Assembly (NCBI GenBank): GCA_024641305.1
Contig: JAHEDI010000009.1
Coordinates: 32,174-96,173, forward strand
Length of the DNA stretch: 64,000 bases
Direction of reading: 5' to 3'
Source of the DNA: a bacterium
GTDB taxonomy: Bacteria > Actinomycetota > Acidimicrobiia > Spongiisociales > JAENVV01
The notes under the pieces were generated by a model, which was not told where the DNA came from, searched no databases, and was given only the letters and a program-made list of their open reading frames with translations. Every line of letters starts with the position of its first letter. Within the stretch, counting starts at the first letter, position 1. Positions 1 to 9,295 of this stretch are shown here, one piece after another. The position numbers and the translations under genes were made by a program.

Positions 1-201
1 GTCGACGAGTCCGGTGACGAAATCGGTTTCGTGAGCTCTGGCGGATTCGGCCCCAGCTACGACGGGCCCATCGCCATGGGCTACGTGCCGACTCGCTTTC
101 AAGATCCCGGCCAGGTTGTGACTGCCCTTCAACGAGGCAAAGAGATCCCCATGACCGTGACAGCACTGCCATTCGTCCCCCATAACTACTACCGAGGTTG
201 A
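1..201 (+). CDS. gcvT: Glycine cleavage system aminomethyltransferase T, 3' end (truncated by window edge)
   Basis: Frame 1 reads [29 protein letters not shown]...[11 protein letters not shown], a typical GcvT C-terminus. Stop at 199-201 abuts gcvP. Confidence 0.9.
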   Translation, partial: VDESGDEIGFVSSGGFGPSYDGPIAMGYVPTRFQDPGQVVTALQRGKEIPMTVTALPFVPHNYYRG

Positions 202-203
202 TC

Positions 204-3005
204 ATGGAATTCGTAGACCGACATATCGGACCCCGCCACGCAGATGTTGATGAGATGTTGATAGCGGTCGGCGTCAGCACCCTCGGCGAACTAATCGACA
301 AAACCGTCCCGGCCTCGATCCGTGACGAACAAATAAACGCTCCCGAACCTCTGTCCGAGGTCGAAGTCCTCAAAAAGCTGCGAGACATCGCAGCCAAGAA
401 CGAAGTCATGTCATCACTCATTGGCCAGGGGTATTACTCGACGGTAACCCCGGCGGTGATCCGGCGCCGCCTCATCGAAAGCCCTGCCTGGTACACCGCC
501 TACACCCCGTACCAGCCAGAAATCTCCCAGGGACGCCTTGAGGCGCTTTTGAACTTCCAGACCATGGTTGCTGACTTGACCGGGATGGATATTGCCAATG
601 CTTCGCTCCTCGACGAAGCCACCGCCGCCGCCGAAGCCATGACCTTGATTCACCGATCCACCAAGGGCAGCAATGGCGACCGATTCCTCGTCGACCGCGC
701 CTGCTTCCCCCAAACGATTGCGGTTCTCGAGACGCGGGCCGTCCCGCTAGATCTTGAAATCGTCATCGGTGATCCCGATGACATCGACAACAGTTTCTTC
801 GGCATGATCGTCCAATACCCAGGCGAGCGGGGCTCGATACCCGACCTCAAAGCGATCATCGAAAAGGCCCACGGTTCAGGAGTAGCCGTGGCGGTGGCTG
901 CGGACATCCTGGCACTTACCCTCATCGAGGCACCAGGAACCTACGGGGCAGACGTTGTGGTGGGATCCACCCAGCGATTCGGCGTCCCGCTCGGCTTTGG
1001 TGGCCCCCATGCCGGCTACATGGCCGTGACCGACGATCTGAAGCGCTCGATGCCAGGTCGACTTGCCGGAGTTTCGGTGGACACCGAAGGTCGCCCTGCC
1101 TTGCGGTTGGCACTCCAGACCCGCGAGCAGCACATCCGGCGGGAGCGAGCCACCTCCAATATCTGCACCGCCCAAGCGTTACTGGCAATCGTGTCGTCGA
1201 TGTACGCCGTCTACCACGGTCCGGATGGCCTGACCGAAATCGCCACCAGGGTGCACACCAAAGCTGCCCGGATAGCCGCCAGCCTCGCAGGGTCTGCTCA
1301 TGTCGTGAAAAACTCATCCTTCTTCGACACGCTCGAAGTCACGATCGATGGCGGAGCGACCGACTTCATGGAACGAGCCATCACCCAGCGAATCAACGTT
1401 CGGTACCTTGATTCCCAGACCATCGGAATGAGCTTTGACGAGGTGACGTCTGAAAAGACCCTTGAGGCGCTTTGTGAGCTATTCGGCGTCGAGTTGGTCG
1501 CCGATGCCACGACGGGCATTCCCGAGTCGGTGGCCCGGACCACCGACTTCTTGACCCACCCGGTATTCAATGTTCACCATTCCGAAACGCAGCTGCTGCG
1601 CTACATGCACATGTTGGCCAGCAAGGATCTGGCGCTGGATCGGGCGATGATTCCACTCGGATCGTGCACCATGAAACTCAATGCCACCGCCGCGCTAGAA
1701 CCGATCAGCTGGCCGGAATTTGCGTATATCCACCCGTTCGCGCCTTCCGATCAGACGATCGGATACCAGGAGATCATCGGCGATCTTGAACGGTGGCTGA
1801 GTTCGATCACCGGGTATTCCGCGTTCAGTCTCCAGCCGAACGCCGGATCGCAGGGCGAATTTGCCGGTTTGTTGGCCATCGCGGCCTACCACCGTAGCCG
1901 GGGAGACGATCACCGAAATGTCTGCTTGATTCCGGCATCGGCCCATGGCACGAACCCGGCATCGGCAGTCATGGCCGGCATGGAAGTGGTCGTGGTCGCA
2001 ACCACTGATATGGGCGAGATCGACTTGGGCGACCTGCGGGCCAAAGCCGAACAGCACTCAGAGTCGTTGGCAGCCATCATGATTACCTACCCGTCCACCA
2101 ACGGAGTGTTTGAAGAAACGGTTGGCGAAGTCTGCCAGATCGTCCATGACCATGGCGGGCAGGTCTACGTCGACGGAGCCAACCTGAACGCCCTGGTCGG
2201 ATTGGCCAAACCGGGACACTTCGGAGGTGACGTCTCTCACTTGAATCTCCACAAAACGTTCTCCATCCCCCACGGCGGCGGCGGACCTGGCATTGGCCCG
2301 ATCGGTGTCGGAGCCCACCTTGCCCCATTCCTGCCGGGACATCCCGAATTGGACCTCGGTACCAAGCAGGGTCCGGTTTCGGCGGCCCCCTACGGCTCGG
2401 CCGGCGTGCTTCCCGTTCCCTGGGTTTACATCCATATGCTCGGCGAAGCCGGCCTGCGACGCTCGACGGAAGTCGCCATCCTGAATGCCAACTACATCGC
2501 CAAACGGTTGTCAGATGCCTACCCGGTCCTCTATACGGGAACCAACGGGTTTGTTGCTCACGAATGCATCATCGATATCCGGCCCATCACCCACGACTCG
2601 GGAGTAACCGTCGACGACATCGCCAAACGACTCATCGACTACGGCTTCCATGCTCCCACCATGAGCTTCCCGGTCGCCGGCACACTCATGATCGAGCCAA
2701 CCGAGTCAGAATCCAAGCAAGAGTTGGACCGGTTTATCGACGCCATGTTGCAGATTCGCGATGAGATCGCCGAGGTCGAGTCAGGCTCGGTCTCCGTTGA
2801 ACAGTCCGTTTTGCGCCACGCTCCACACCCTGCTCGCGACATGATGACCGAAGACTGGGACCGGTCCTATCCCCGCATGCAGGGCGCATACCCGGGATCG
2901 GCGCACACCGGTCGGAAGTACTGGCCACCCGTGTCACGGATCGACGGCGGTTACGGAGACCGTCACCTGGTGTGCTCGTGCGTCCCGATCGAGGACTACG
3001 CCTAG
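204..3005 (+). CDS. gcvP: Glycine dehydrogenase (decarboxylating), single-chain P protein
   Basis: Motifs [53 protein letters not shown] and [19 protein letters not shown] (PLP Lys). ATG at 204. Confidence 0.97.
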   Translation: MEFVDRHIGPRHADVDEMLIAVGVSTLGELIDKTVPASIRDEQINAPEPLSEVEVLKKLRDIAAKNEVMSSLIGQGYYSTVTPAVIRRRLIESPAWYTAYTPYQPEISQGRLEALLNFQTMVADLTGMDIANASLLDEATAAAEAMTLIHRSTKGSNGDRFLVDRACFPQTIAVLETRAVPLDLEIVIGDPDDIDNSFFGMIVQYPGERGSIPDLKAIIEKAHGSGVAVAVAADILALTLIEAPGTYGADVVVGSTQRFGVPLGFGGPHAGYMAVTDDLKRSMPGRLAGVSVDTEGRPALRLALQTREQHIRRERATSNICTAQALLAIVSSMYAVYHGPDGLTEIATRVHTKAARIAASLAGSAHVVKNSSFFDTLEVTIDGGATDFMERAITQRINVRYLDSQTIGMSFDEVTSEKTLEALCELFGVELVADATTGIPESVARTTDFLTHPVFNVHHSETQLLRYMHMLASKDLALDRAMIPLGSCTMKLNATAALEPISWPEFAYIHPFAPSDQTIGYQEIIGDLERWLSSITGYSAFSLQPNAGSQGEFAGLLAIAAYHRSRGDDHRNVCLIPASAHGTNPASAVMAGMEVVVVATTDMGEIDLGDLRAKAEQHSESLAAIMITYPSTNGVFEETVGEVCQIVHDHGGQVYVDGANLNALVGLAKPGHFGGDVSHLNLHKTFSIPHGGGGPGIGPIGVGAHLAPFLPGHPELDLGTKQGPVSAAPYGSAGVLPVPWVYIHMLGEAGLRRSTEVAILNANYIAKRLSDAYPVLYTGTNGFVAHECIIDIRPITHDSGVTVDDIAKRLIDYGFHAPTMSFPVAGTLMIEPTESESKQELDRFIDAMLQIRDEIAEVESGSVSVEQSVLRHAPHPARDMMTEDWDRSYPRMQGAYPGSAHTGRKYWPPVSRIDGGYGDRHLVCSCVPIEDYA

Positions 3006-3021
3006 GACATTAAAGCACGAC

Positions 3022-4155
3022 CTAGGCGCTCAGAATCACTCCAAGGGTGTTTTCCAACAACGCGACGGTCCGGTCGATGTTGTGCAGTTTGTCGAGGCCA
3101 AATAGTCCCATACGAAACGTCGAGAAATCGGCTGGTTCGTCGCACGCCAGCGGTACACCGGCGGCGATCTGTATACCGGCGACGGCGAACTTCGATCCGT
3201 TCTTGATCGACGGGTCATCTGTGTAGGCGACCACCACGCCCGGAGCTTGAAAGCCGGGAGCGGCCAGGCTCTTGAATCCGAACTGGCCAAGGAGAGCCCT
3301 CACCCGGTCCCCGAGTTCTTGTTGTTCGGCTTTCAGATTCTCAAACCCGTACATCTCAGCCTCGGCCATGACATTCCGAAAGACAATCAGGGCGTCGGTC
3401 GGCATGGTGGCGTGATAGGCATGGCCGCCACCCTCATAGGCTTCCATGATCTCGGTCCACTTCTTGAGATCGCACGCGAAGCTCGAGCTTGTGGTGTTTT
3501 CCATCCTGGCGCGGGCTCGCTCGTTCATCATGACGAGCCCGGCACAAGGCGAGGCACTCCAGCCTTTTTGGGGAGCGCTACATAGGACATCAACTCCGAG
3601 CGCTGCCATGTCGACCCACATCGTGCCCGACGCAATGCAATCGAGCACAAAAAGACCACCCGCGGCGTGCGTCGCATCGGCAACTCTCCGAATGTAATCG
3701 TCAGGCAGGATCATTCCGGCGGAGGTTTCGACATGGGGAGCAAACACAACGGCGGGCCGCTCGGAGGTAATTGTCGCTTCAACCTCATCAATTGGGGCGG
3801 GAGCAAAAAACGCCTGGCGCTCCTCCTCGACAGCCCGGGCCTTGAGAACCGTATGCGACGCAGGAATCCCACCGGCGTCAAAGATCTGAGTCCATCGATA
3901 GCTGAACCAGCCGTTTCGAAGAACGAGGCAGTGCTCACCATTGGCAAACTGGCGGGCGACGGCTTCCATCCCAAACGTTCCGCTTCCTGGCACCACAGCC
4001 ACGGAGGTCGCGTTATAGACCGTCTTGAGCGTGACCGAAATATCCCGCATGGCAAGCTGAAATATCTGCGACATGTGGTTCACCGCTCGATCGGTGTAAA
4101 CCACTGAATATTCGAGTAGGCCGTCCGGGTCGACATCGGGTAGCAATCCGGGCAT
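3022..4155 (-). CDS. Class V PLP aminotransferase (alanine-glyoxylate/serine-pyruvate family)
   Basis: PGSGTFGMEAVA, HVETSAG, LDCIASG and SAPQKGW (PLP Lys) motifs. GGAGG lies 6 nt before the ATG at 4155. Confidence 0.88.
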   Translation of the reverse strand: MPGLLPDVDPDGLLEYSVVYTDRAVNHMSQIFQLAMRDISVTLKTVYNATSVAVVPGSGTFGMEAVARQFANGEHCLVLRNGWFSYRWTQIFDAGGIPASHTVLKARAVEEERQAFFAPAPIDEVEATITSERPAVVFAPHVETSAGMILPDDYIRRVADATHAAGGLFVLDCIASGTMWVDMAALGVDVLCSAPQKGWSASPCAGLVMMNERARARMENTTSSSFACDLKKWTEIMEAYEGGGHAYHATMPTDALIVFRNVMAEAEMYGFENLKAEQQELGDRVRALLGQFGFKSLAAPGFQAPGVVVAYTDDPSIKNGSKFAVAGIQIAAGVPLACDEPADFSTFRMGLFGLDKLHNIDRTVALLENTLGVILSA

Positions 4156-4281
4156 GAACATCCTCCAAAACGGTCAACGTGTCTCCCGTTGGAAGACCCA
4201 TTTTGAGATTACCTCAATTAGGCCGATCCCTTCGACTCGACCAGCGGAGCTCCCCGAGTGCGGTGGCCTGCGTAGGTCGGG

Positions 4282-4659
4282 TCAGCTGCCCTCGGCGCGG
4301 TCCCGAGCCCACGCCAACGCTTCTCCCTCGTCGGAAAACACTTCGACCGGTCGGTCGGGAGACTGGTACTTCTTGAACAGGCCAGCCAATGCAATGGAAA
4401 TATCGGAGCTCACGAGCAGGGCCGTCGCCACCTCTACCCCACCCAGATCATCACTGAACATTCCCCGGGCATCCCGACCGGCGAACTCCATCTCGCGCAT
4501 ATCAACCAACACTGCGACTGGAGCACCACCGGCCAGCTCGACCGTGACCCTCTGAACCTCACGGGCACCTTCAGGACTCAGCACCGCCTGGGAGTCGATG
4601 ACGTGAACAATCACGCGGCCGTCCAGATGCATCTGTCCTATGGGCGTTCTGGAGGCCAT
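4282..4659 (-). CDS. Small STAS/SEC14-like (SpoIIAA-like) domain protein
   Basis: 125 aa alpha/beta pattern with VLVDMR, ATALLV and the C-terminal VEVFSDEGEALAW typical of this family. Confidence 0.6.
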   Translation of the reverse strand: MASRTPIGQMHLDGRVIVHVIDSQAVLSPEGAREVQRVTVELAGGAPVAVLVDMREMEFAGRDARGMFSDDLGGVEVATALLVSSDISIALAGLFKKYQSPDRPVEVFSDEGEALAWARDRAEGS

Positions 4660-4989
4660 GTCCGAACCCTAGTTGGAAGAATCGTAGTCAGGAAGGCAAA
4701 TCGGAAGCTGGGACAACTCGGACCAGGTTCCGGTGGATGCCCCCCCTCAGCCCGATAGTGACCGTAGGTCAATGGACCGAAATCCCCAGCGTGCCTGATC
4801 GCGTTCGCCACAACATACCGACCTCGCGGTCACCTGGGAGAAGTGGAACGTCTGGACCACTGCGTTTTTCGCGCACCCCGAATCATGCTGAATTCGCATG
4901 CCCGGCGCGGTATCCTTGCTTCGGCCAACTTCCTAAACATTCCAATCGACCAAACCAACCAGACGCCATCTGAGTGAGGGGAAGTGGAA

Positions 4990-5157
4990 ATGCGAGAAGA
5001 ACCAGACGGCGAGCGACGGAAGATCCGCCGCAGAACCGAAGAACGCCGGCGCGCCGAACGCCGAACCAAAACCGAAGCTCCTCCCGAAGGCGTCGAACGG
5101 CGCATGGGTGAGCGTCGCAAGGGAGACCGCCGACAACACGACCGGCGTCAGCCCTAA
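4990..5157 (+). CDS. 55-aa Arg-rich microprotein with (E/D)RRxx repeats (below ORF-track cutoff)
   Basis: Manual translation: MREEPDGERRKIRRRTEERRRAERRTKTEAPPEGVERRMGERRKGDRRQHDRRQP*. Purine-rich RBS-like GAGGGGAAG upstream; fills an otherwise empty gap. Confidence 0.65.
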   Translation: MREEPDGERRKIRRRTEERRRAERRTKTEAPPEGVERRMGERRKGDRRQHDRRQP

Positions 5158-5214
5158 ACCGATCTACACATTGGAATCCACTAGCCGCTCCACCGGTCGT
5201 GAACCGGGTTTGGG

Positions 5215-5826
5215 TCAGGATTCCGGCCGCACGAACCACCCGTCTGGGCTTTCGACAAATCCGATCCGCCTCAAATAAGCGATGTGGCCTTGCGACGGCG
5301 CAGCAACTTTGAAAGTGGCCTTCGGTAGCGGGCCGCCCGGCGAATACAAATAGCGACCAATTTTCGAATCTCGAAAACGGGGAATGGCATAGTCAAGATC
5401 TACTTGCCAATCGTCTGGCCCACTCTCATGCCCGATCCACAGCCCGGCAGGCACGAGATCGCGCAATACGAAGATCGCCCGGCAGTCACTCTCCGGCATC
5501 GAAAATGACGGGAAATAGTTGGCGATGTCGGCCCCGTGGAATTCAAGAAACCGCCTGAGGTACGCACTTTCGGGTCCCGTAGAGAGAAACGAGAAATAGT
5601 CCGTCACCTGACTCATGCGATACAGCGACCAGGCGTTGATAGCCATGATGCTCACATTCACAACGATGAGAGGCACCGCCCCAATCAGCGTGGCATACGT
5701 CGTGAAAACCAGCGCACCAGCGAGGCTGACCATGCGAAGACGACGAAGAGAGGTCATGAGCAGGGCGGTAACCACCAGTGCCGAACCGAGGTAGCCAATG
5801 AGCTCATACACGAGGGCTCGACTCAT
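5215..5826 (-). CDS. YgjV-like membrane protein with C-terminal GNAT-like soluble domain
   Basis: N-terminal hydrophobic helices (LIGYLGSALV...RLRMVSLAGALVFTTYATLI) and soluble C-terminus with LDYAIPRFRDSKIG and YLRRIGF. ATGA overlap with the mug stop. Confidence 0.65.
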   Translation of the reverse strand: MSRALVYELIGYLGSALVVTALLMTSLRRLRMVSLAGALVFTTYATLIGAVPLIVVNVSIMAINAWSLYRMSQVTDYFSFLSTGPESAYLRRFLEFHGADIANYFPSFSMPESDCRAIFVLRDLVPAGLWIGHESGPDDWQVDLDYAIPRFRDSKIGRYLYSPGGPLPKATFKVAAPSQGHIAYLRRIGFVESPDGWFVRPES

Positions 5827-6401
5827 GCGATCTCCTTGGTGGTGATGCCAGCCGCATCGGCGGCTTTGCGGTACCAGGTTGCCAGCGAATCAACCGATTC
5901 ATGGGCGTTCAAGCCGCTCGGATTGGGCAAAACCCACAATTCGGCATGACCTATCAGCTCGGGTTGGCGGCCCATGACGGCCTTCGGTCGCCTGAAACCA
6001 GTCCGATACGCGGTGATACCTGCGATCGCTACAACCGCCGGGCGCCACATCTCGATGTTGGCTGTCAATCGATCGGCACCCTGTCTCAGTTCCTCATTCG
6101 ACAGTTCCGAAGCTTTGGCGGTCGCCCGCGGCGCTACATTCGATATGCCCAAGCCCCGCCCGGTAAAGCGGCGTCGGTCGTCATCGGTCATCCCCGCAGA
6201 CGGATCAATGAGCCAATCGACAATCCCCGCCTTCAAAAGTGCCGGATAAAACCGATTCCCCGGGTAGGCGAAGTGCGTCTGGGTCGCCGCCGTCCACAAA
6301 CCCGGGTTGATACCGACGAACAAGAGCTTGACCGGTGGTCGCACCAGATCGGGAACCGTGGCATCACGAAATGCTTCAAGTTCCTGTCGTGTGTATCCCA
6401 C
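5823..6401 (-). CDS. mug: G:T/U mismatch-specific DNA glycosylase (Mug/TDG family)
   Basis: Motifs LFVGINPG, HFAYPGNRFY and VLPNPSGLNAH. Probable GTG start at 6401 (ORF open to 6494). Confidence 0.88.
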   Translation of the reverse strand: MGYTRQELEAFRDATVPDLVRPPVKLLFVGINPGLWTAATQTHFAYPGNRFYPALLKAGIVDWLIDPSAGMTDDDRRRFTGRGLGISNVAPRATAKASELSNEELRQGADRLTANIEMWRPAVVAIAGITAYRTGFRRPKAVMGRQPELIGHAELWVLPNPSGLNAHESVDSLATWYRKAADAAGITTKEIA

Positions 6402-6522
6402 AAGCGACCATGTTAGGTCAGGCAACGCTCCGACACTCAGTGTCCGTGCCGGTCCCGGTTGGCGCAGCCTCTCCTCGTTCAGCCAAGGGAGCAAGCGTCA
6501 GACGAATCGGCGATCGAGGCGC

Positions 6523-7569
6523 CTAGGAAAGATGGCCCCGCAGATCCACGGAAATGACCTCGCCGGTCGAAAGTAACAGCTGATCGACGAGGTTGATCAC
6601 GGGACAAACGTGGTTCGGTATCACTCTGAGCTGGTCGCCGACCATTGGGCGTCGATCTCTACCGCTCAACACGACTGCGTGGTTGTCGTATAGCCTCTCG
6701 ATGACTGCTCCAGGTATCTCCGGGAGGTGGCCGTAGCCTTCAACCCACGGTGGTCGATCCTTTGAGAGAATCTTGGCGCCGCAATCGAGCACGAACCGAT
6801 CCGGAGATGGTGCACTGATCACGGTACCCATCACGGCTACCGCGACATCTTCAAGGTTCATGGAGCCGTTGCTCACTTGCTGCCAATCGCCAAAGAGGTA
6901 TGTCCCCGGTCGCACCTCCGTGATCGGAGCACTCATACCGTAAGGCATTGTCGGTGTCGAGCCGGCGCTCACCAGGGGAACCCGCATGCCGGCTGTTTCA
7001 ATGTGAGCCTTGGCTTCACCCAGCACCCGGATCTCATCGGCACCGGCCCCGGCAGCCGCCCCCGGCGGGTAACCATGTCCCCCGTGGGTGAACACTCCTC
7101 CGAACAGATCTCCACATGCCACCGCCACGGCTACAGCTTCCCTTGGAGCTACCCCGGACCGGCGAAGCCCACTATCGAGTTCGACCATGAGCCGGGGACC
7201 CCCACCGGGATATCGAATGGCCAGCAACCCGGCGACAGACAGGTTGTCGACGGCCAGAGCCAGATCACATCCAGCTTCCAGCAGCCGATCGATCCGGGCC
7301 AACTTCGGCGGTGACGGATAGAACGGAACCGCCACAAACAGATCGCCGCCGACACGGGCATCCGACAAACCAACCGCTTCCGAGAGAGTGGCACATGTCA
7401 GGCCGACGGCGCCCGCTTCGAGTTGTAACCGCGCCAGTCCGGTCGACTTATGGGTCTTGATATGTGGCCGCAACCCAACCCCGGCATCGGTTGCGGCTGC
7501 TTGCACCCTGCCGATGTTGCGCTCCATGACCGGAGCATCAACGGTGACACACGGGGTATCAAAGTTCAC
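6523..7569 (-). CDS. Fold-type III PLP enzyme, D-threonine aldolase/DSD1 (alanine racemase-like) family
   Basis: LRPHIKTHK (PLP Lys), MVELDSGLRRSGV, GVFTHGGHGY, EVRPGTYLFGD, EHA-like DNHAV, PNHVCPVINL. Start placed at GTG 7569 because the longer ORF overlaps pckA. Confidence 0.85.
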   Translation of the reverse strand: MNFDTPCVTVDAPVMERNIGRVQAAATDAGVGLRPHIKTHKSTGLARLQLEAGAVGLTCATLSEAVGLSDARVGGDLFVAVPFYPSPPKLARIDRLLEAGCDLALAVDNLSVAGLLAIRYPGGGPRLMVELDSGLRRSGVAPREAVAVAVACGDLFGGVFTHGGHGYPPGAAAGAGADEIRVLGEAKAHIETAGMRVPLVSAGSTPTMPYGMSAPITEVRPGTYLFGDWQQVSNGSMNLEDVAVAVMGTVISAPSPDRFVLDCGAKILSKDRPPWVEGYGHLPEIPGAVIERLYDNHAVVLSGRDRRPMVGDQLRVIPNHVCPVINLVDQLLLSTGEVISVDLRGHLS

Positions 7570-7594
7570 GGAATCGTCCCAGATCCACGGCCGA

Positions 7595-9181
7595 CTATCC
7601 CTGAGGACCCGATTGCAGGACCTCGGGGCCGAATCCGTCGGCATAGCGTTTGAAGTTCTCGCGGAACATACCGGCGAGGCGGGCGGCCTGGCGATCGAAA
7701 GCTTCCTTATCGTCCCAGGTCTGGCGCGGTTGGAGAAGCGCATCGGGTACACCTTCGACGGCGGTGGGAACGGATAACCCGAAGACCGGGTCGGTGACGA
7801 AGGTGGCTGTACCGAGTGCCTTGTTCAAGGCGGCGTTGAGCATCGCCCTCGTGTGGGGAATGCTGATCCGATGCCCTACCCCGTGCGGCCCGCCCGTCCA
7901 GCCAGTGTTGAGCATCCACACGTCACAGCGGAACTTGTCGAGGCGTTCGGCGAGCCGGTCGGCATACCAGGACGGGTGGAGCGGCAGGAACGGCTCCCCG
8001 AAACAGGCGGAGAAGGTTGCTTCCGGTTCGGTCACGCCTCGTTCGGTACCGGCCAGCTTCGATGTGTAGCCCGACACGAGGTAATACATAGCCTGTTCCC
8101 GACTCAGCTTGGAGATCGGGGGTAGCACCCCGAAGGCATCGGCGGACAAGAACACGATGTCCGTCGGGTGATCGGCCATGCCCGATTTCACAACATTCGG
8201 AAGGTGAGCCAACGGATAGGCGCACCGGGTGTTCTCAGTCTTCGATCCGTCGTCCCATTCAGGTTGGCGGGTCGTCTCGTTGACCACGACGTTCTCAAGG
8301 ATCGTCTCAAACGAATTGGCGGCCGCGAAGATCAAAGGCTCATCGGCGGCCGACAGCCGAATCGTCTTGGCGTACGAGCCGCCTTCGATGTTGAAGATGC
8401 CGTCCTCGGCCCACCCGATCTCGTCGTCGCCAACCATCAACCGTTCCGGGTCGGTCGCCAGGGTGGTTTTTCCGGTCCCGGAGAGGCCATAGATAATCGC
8501 CGAGCGTCCATCCTCCCCAACCGTGGCGGACGCATGCATCGAGAGAGAGCCCTGCTTCGGCAAGAGGTAATTCATGACCGAGAAGACGGACTTCTTCACC
8601 TCGCCGGCGTACTTGGACCCACCGATGAGGAGAACCTTGTCGACGAACGAAATGATGATGAACGTCTCGGACCTGGTTCCATCACGTTGTGGCACGGCTT
8701 CGAAGAACGGCGCATGCACAATTGTGAAATCAGGCATGTATGAGTCGACCGTGTCATCGCGTTGAAAGTGACGAGGCAGGATGAACATATTGCGAGCGAA
8801 GTGGGCATGCCAGGGAGTCTCGGTAATCGTCCTGACGGCGAGTCGCTGCTTCGGATCCGCTCCCGCATAGAGATCCTGAACGTAGATATCCCGTTCCCCG
8901 AGATATTCGGCCACCGTGGAATAGATCGCCTCATAGGTGGACCGATCGATTGGATGATTCACATCGCCCCACCAGATCTCCTCGTCGTAGGGAGCTTCGT
9001 ATACGACGAACTTGTCCTTCGGGCTTCGCCCCGTGTACGGCACCGTGTCGACCACGATGGCGCCTTTGTGAGCCATGAAACCCAGCCCTTTGGCCAGCGC
9101 GTGCTCAACCAGGACCGGGGTCGGAAGGTCCCAATACACCTCCGCTTTTGGGGTTATGCCGTGAGCATTCAGACTTCGCAT
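7595..9181 (-). CDS. pckA: Phosphoenolpyruvate carboxykinase (ATP)
   Basis: [29 protein letters not shown] (P-loop), GDDE and TENTR motifs. GGAGA before the ATG at 9181 (alternative start 9193). Confidence 0.96.
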   Translation of the reverse strand: MRSLNAHGITPKAEVYWDLPTPVLVEHALAKGLGFMAHKGAIVVDTVPYTGRSPKDKFVVYEAPYDEEIWWGDVNHPIDRSTYEAIYSTVAEYLGERDIYVQDLYAGADPKQRLAVRTITETPWHAHFARNMFILPRHFQRDDTVDSYMPDFTIVHAPFFEAVPQRDGTRSETFIIISFVDKVLLIGGSKYAGEVKKSVFSVMNYLLPKQGSLSMHASATVGEDGRSAIIYGLSGTGKTTLATDPERLMVGDDEIGWAEDGIFNIEGGSYAKTIRLSAADEPLIFAAANSFETILENVVVNETTRQPEWDDGSKTENTRCAYPLAHLPNVVKSGMADHPTDIVFLSADAFGVLPPISKLSREQAMYYLVSGYTSKLAGTERGVTEPEATFSACFGEPFLPLHPSWYADRLAERLDKFRCDVWMLNTGWTGGPHGVGHRISIPHTRAMLNAALNKALGTATFVTDPVFGLSVPTAVEGVPDALLQPRQTWDDKEAFDRQAARLAGMFRENFKRYADGFGPEVLQSGPQG

Positions 9182-9295
9182 GGTTTCTCCCATCCGATTC
9201 GGAGCCTTGGTTTCGCCGACACTACCGAATGAACAGGACCGTGACCTCGGGTCCGTCGTCAGTTTGCGGACCAGCCATCGCTAGCCTGAATTGCC

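Noticed and set aside
4160-4280. Glycine riboswitch upstream of the aminotransferase
   Set aside because: The conserved GGAGA / CCGAAG / CTCTCAGG elements are not present in order.
7570-7752. N-terminal extension of the D-threonine aldolase-like ORF
   Set aside because: Overlaps the pckA 3' end on the same strand; family similarity starts at FDTP.
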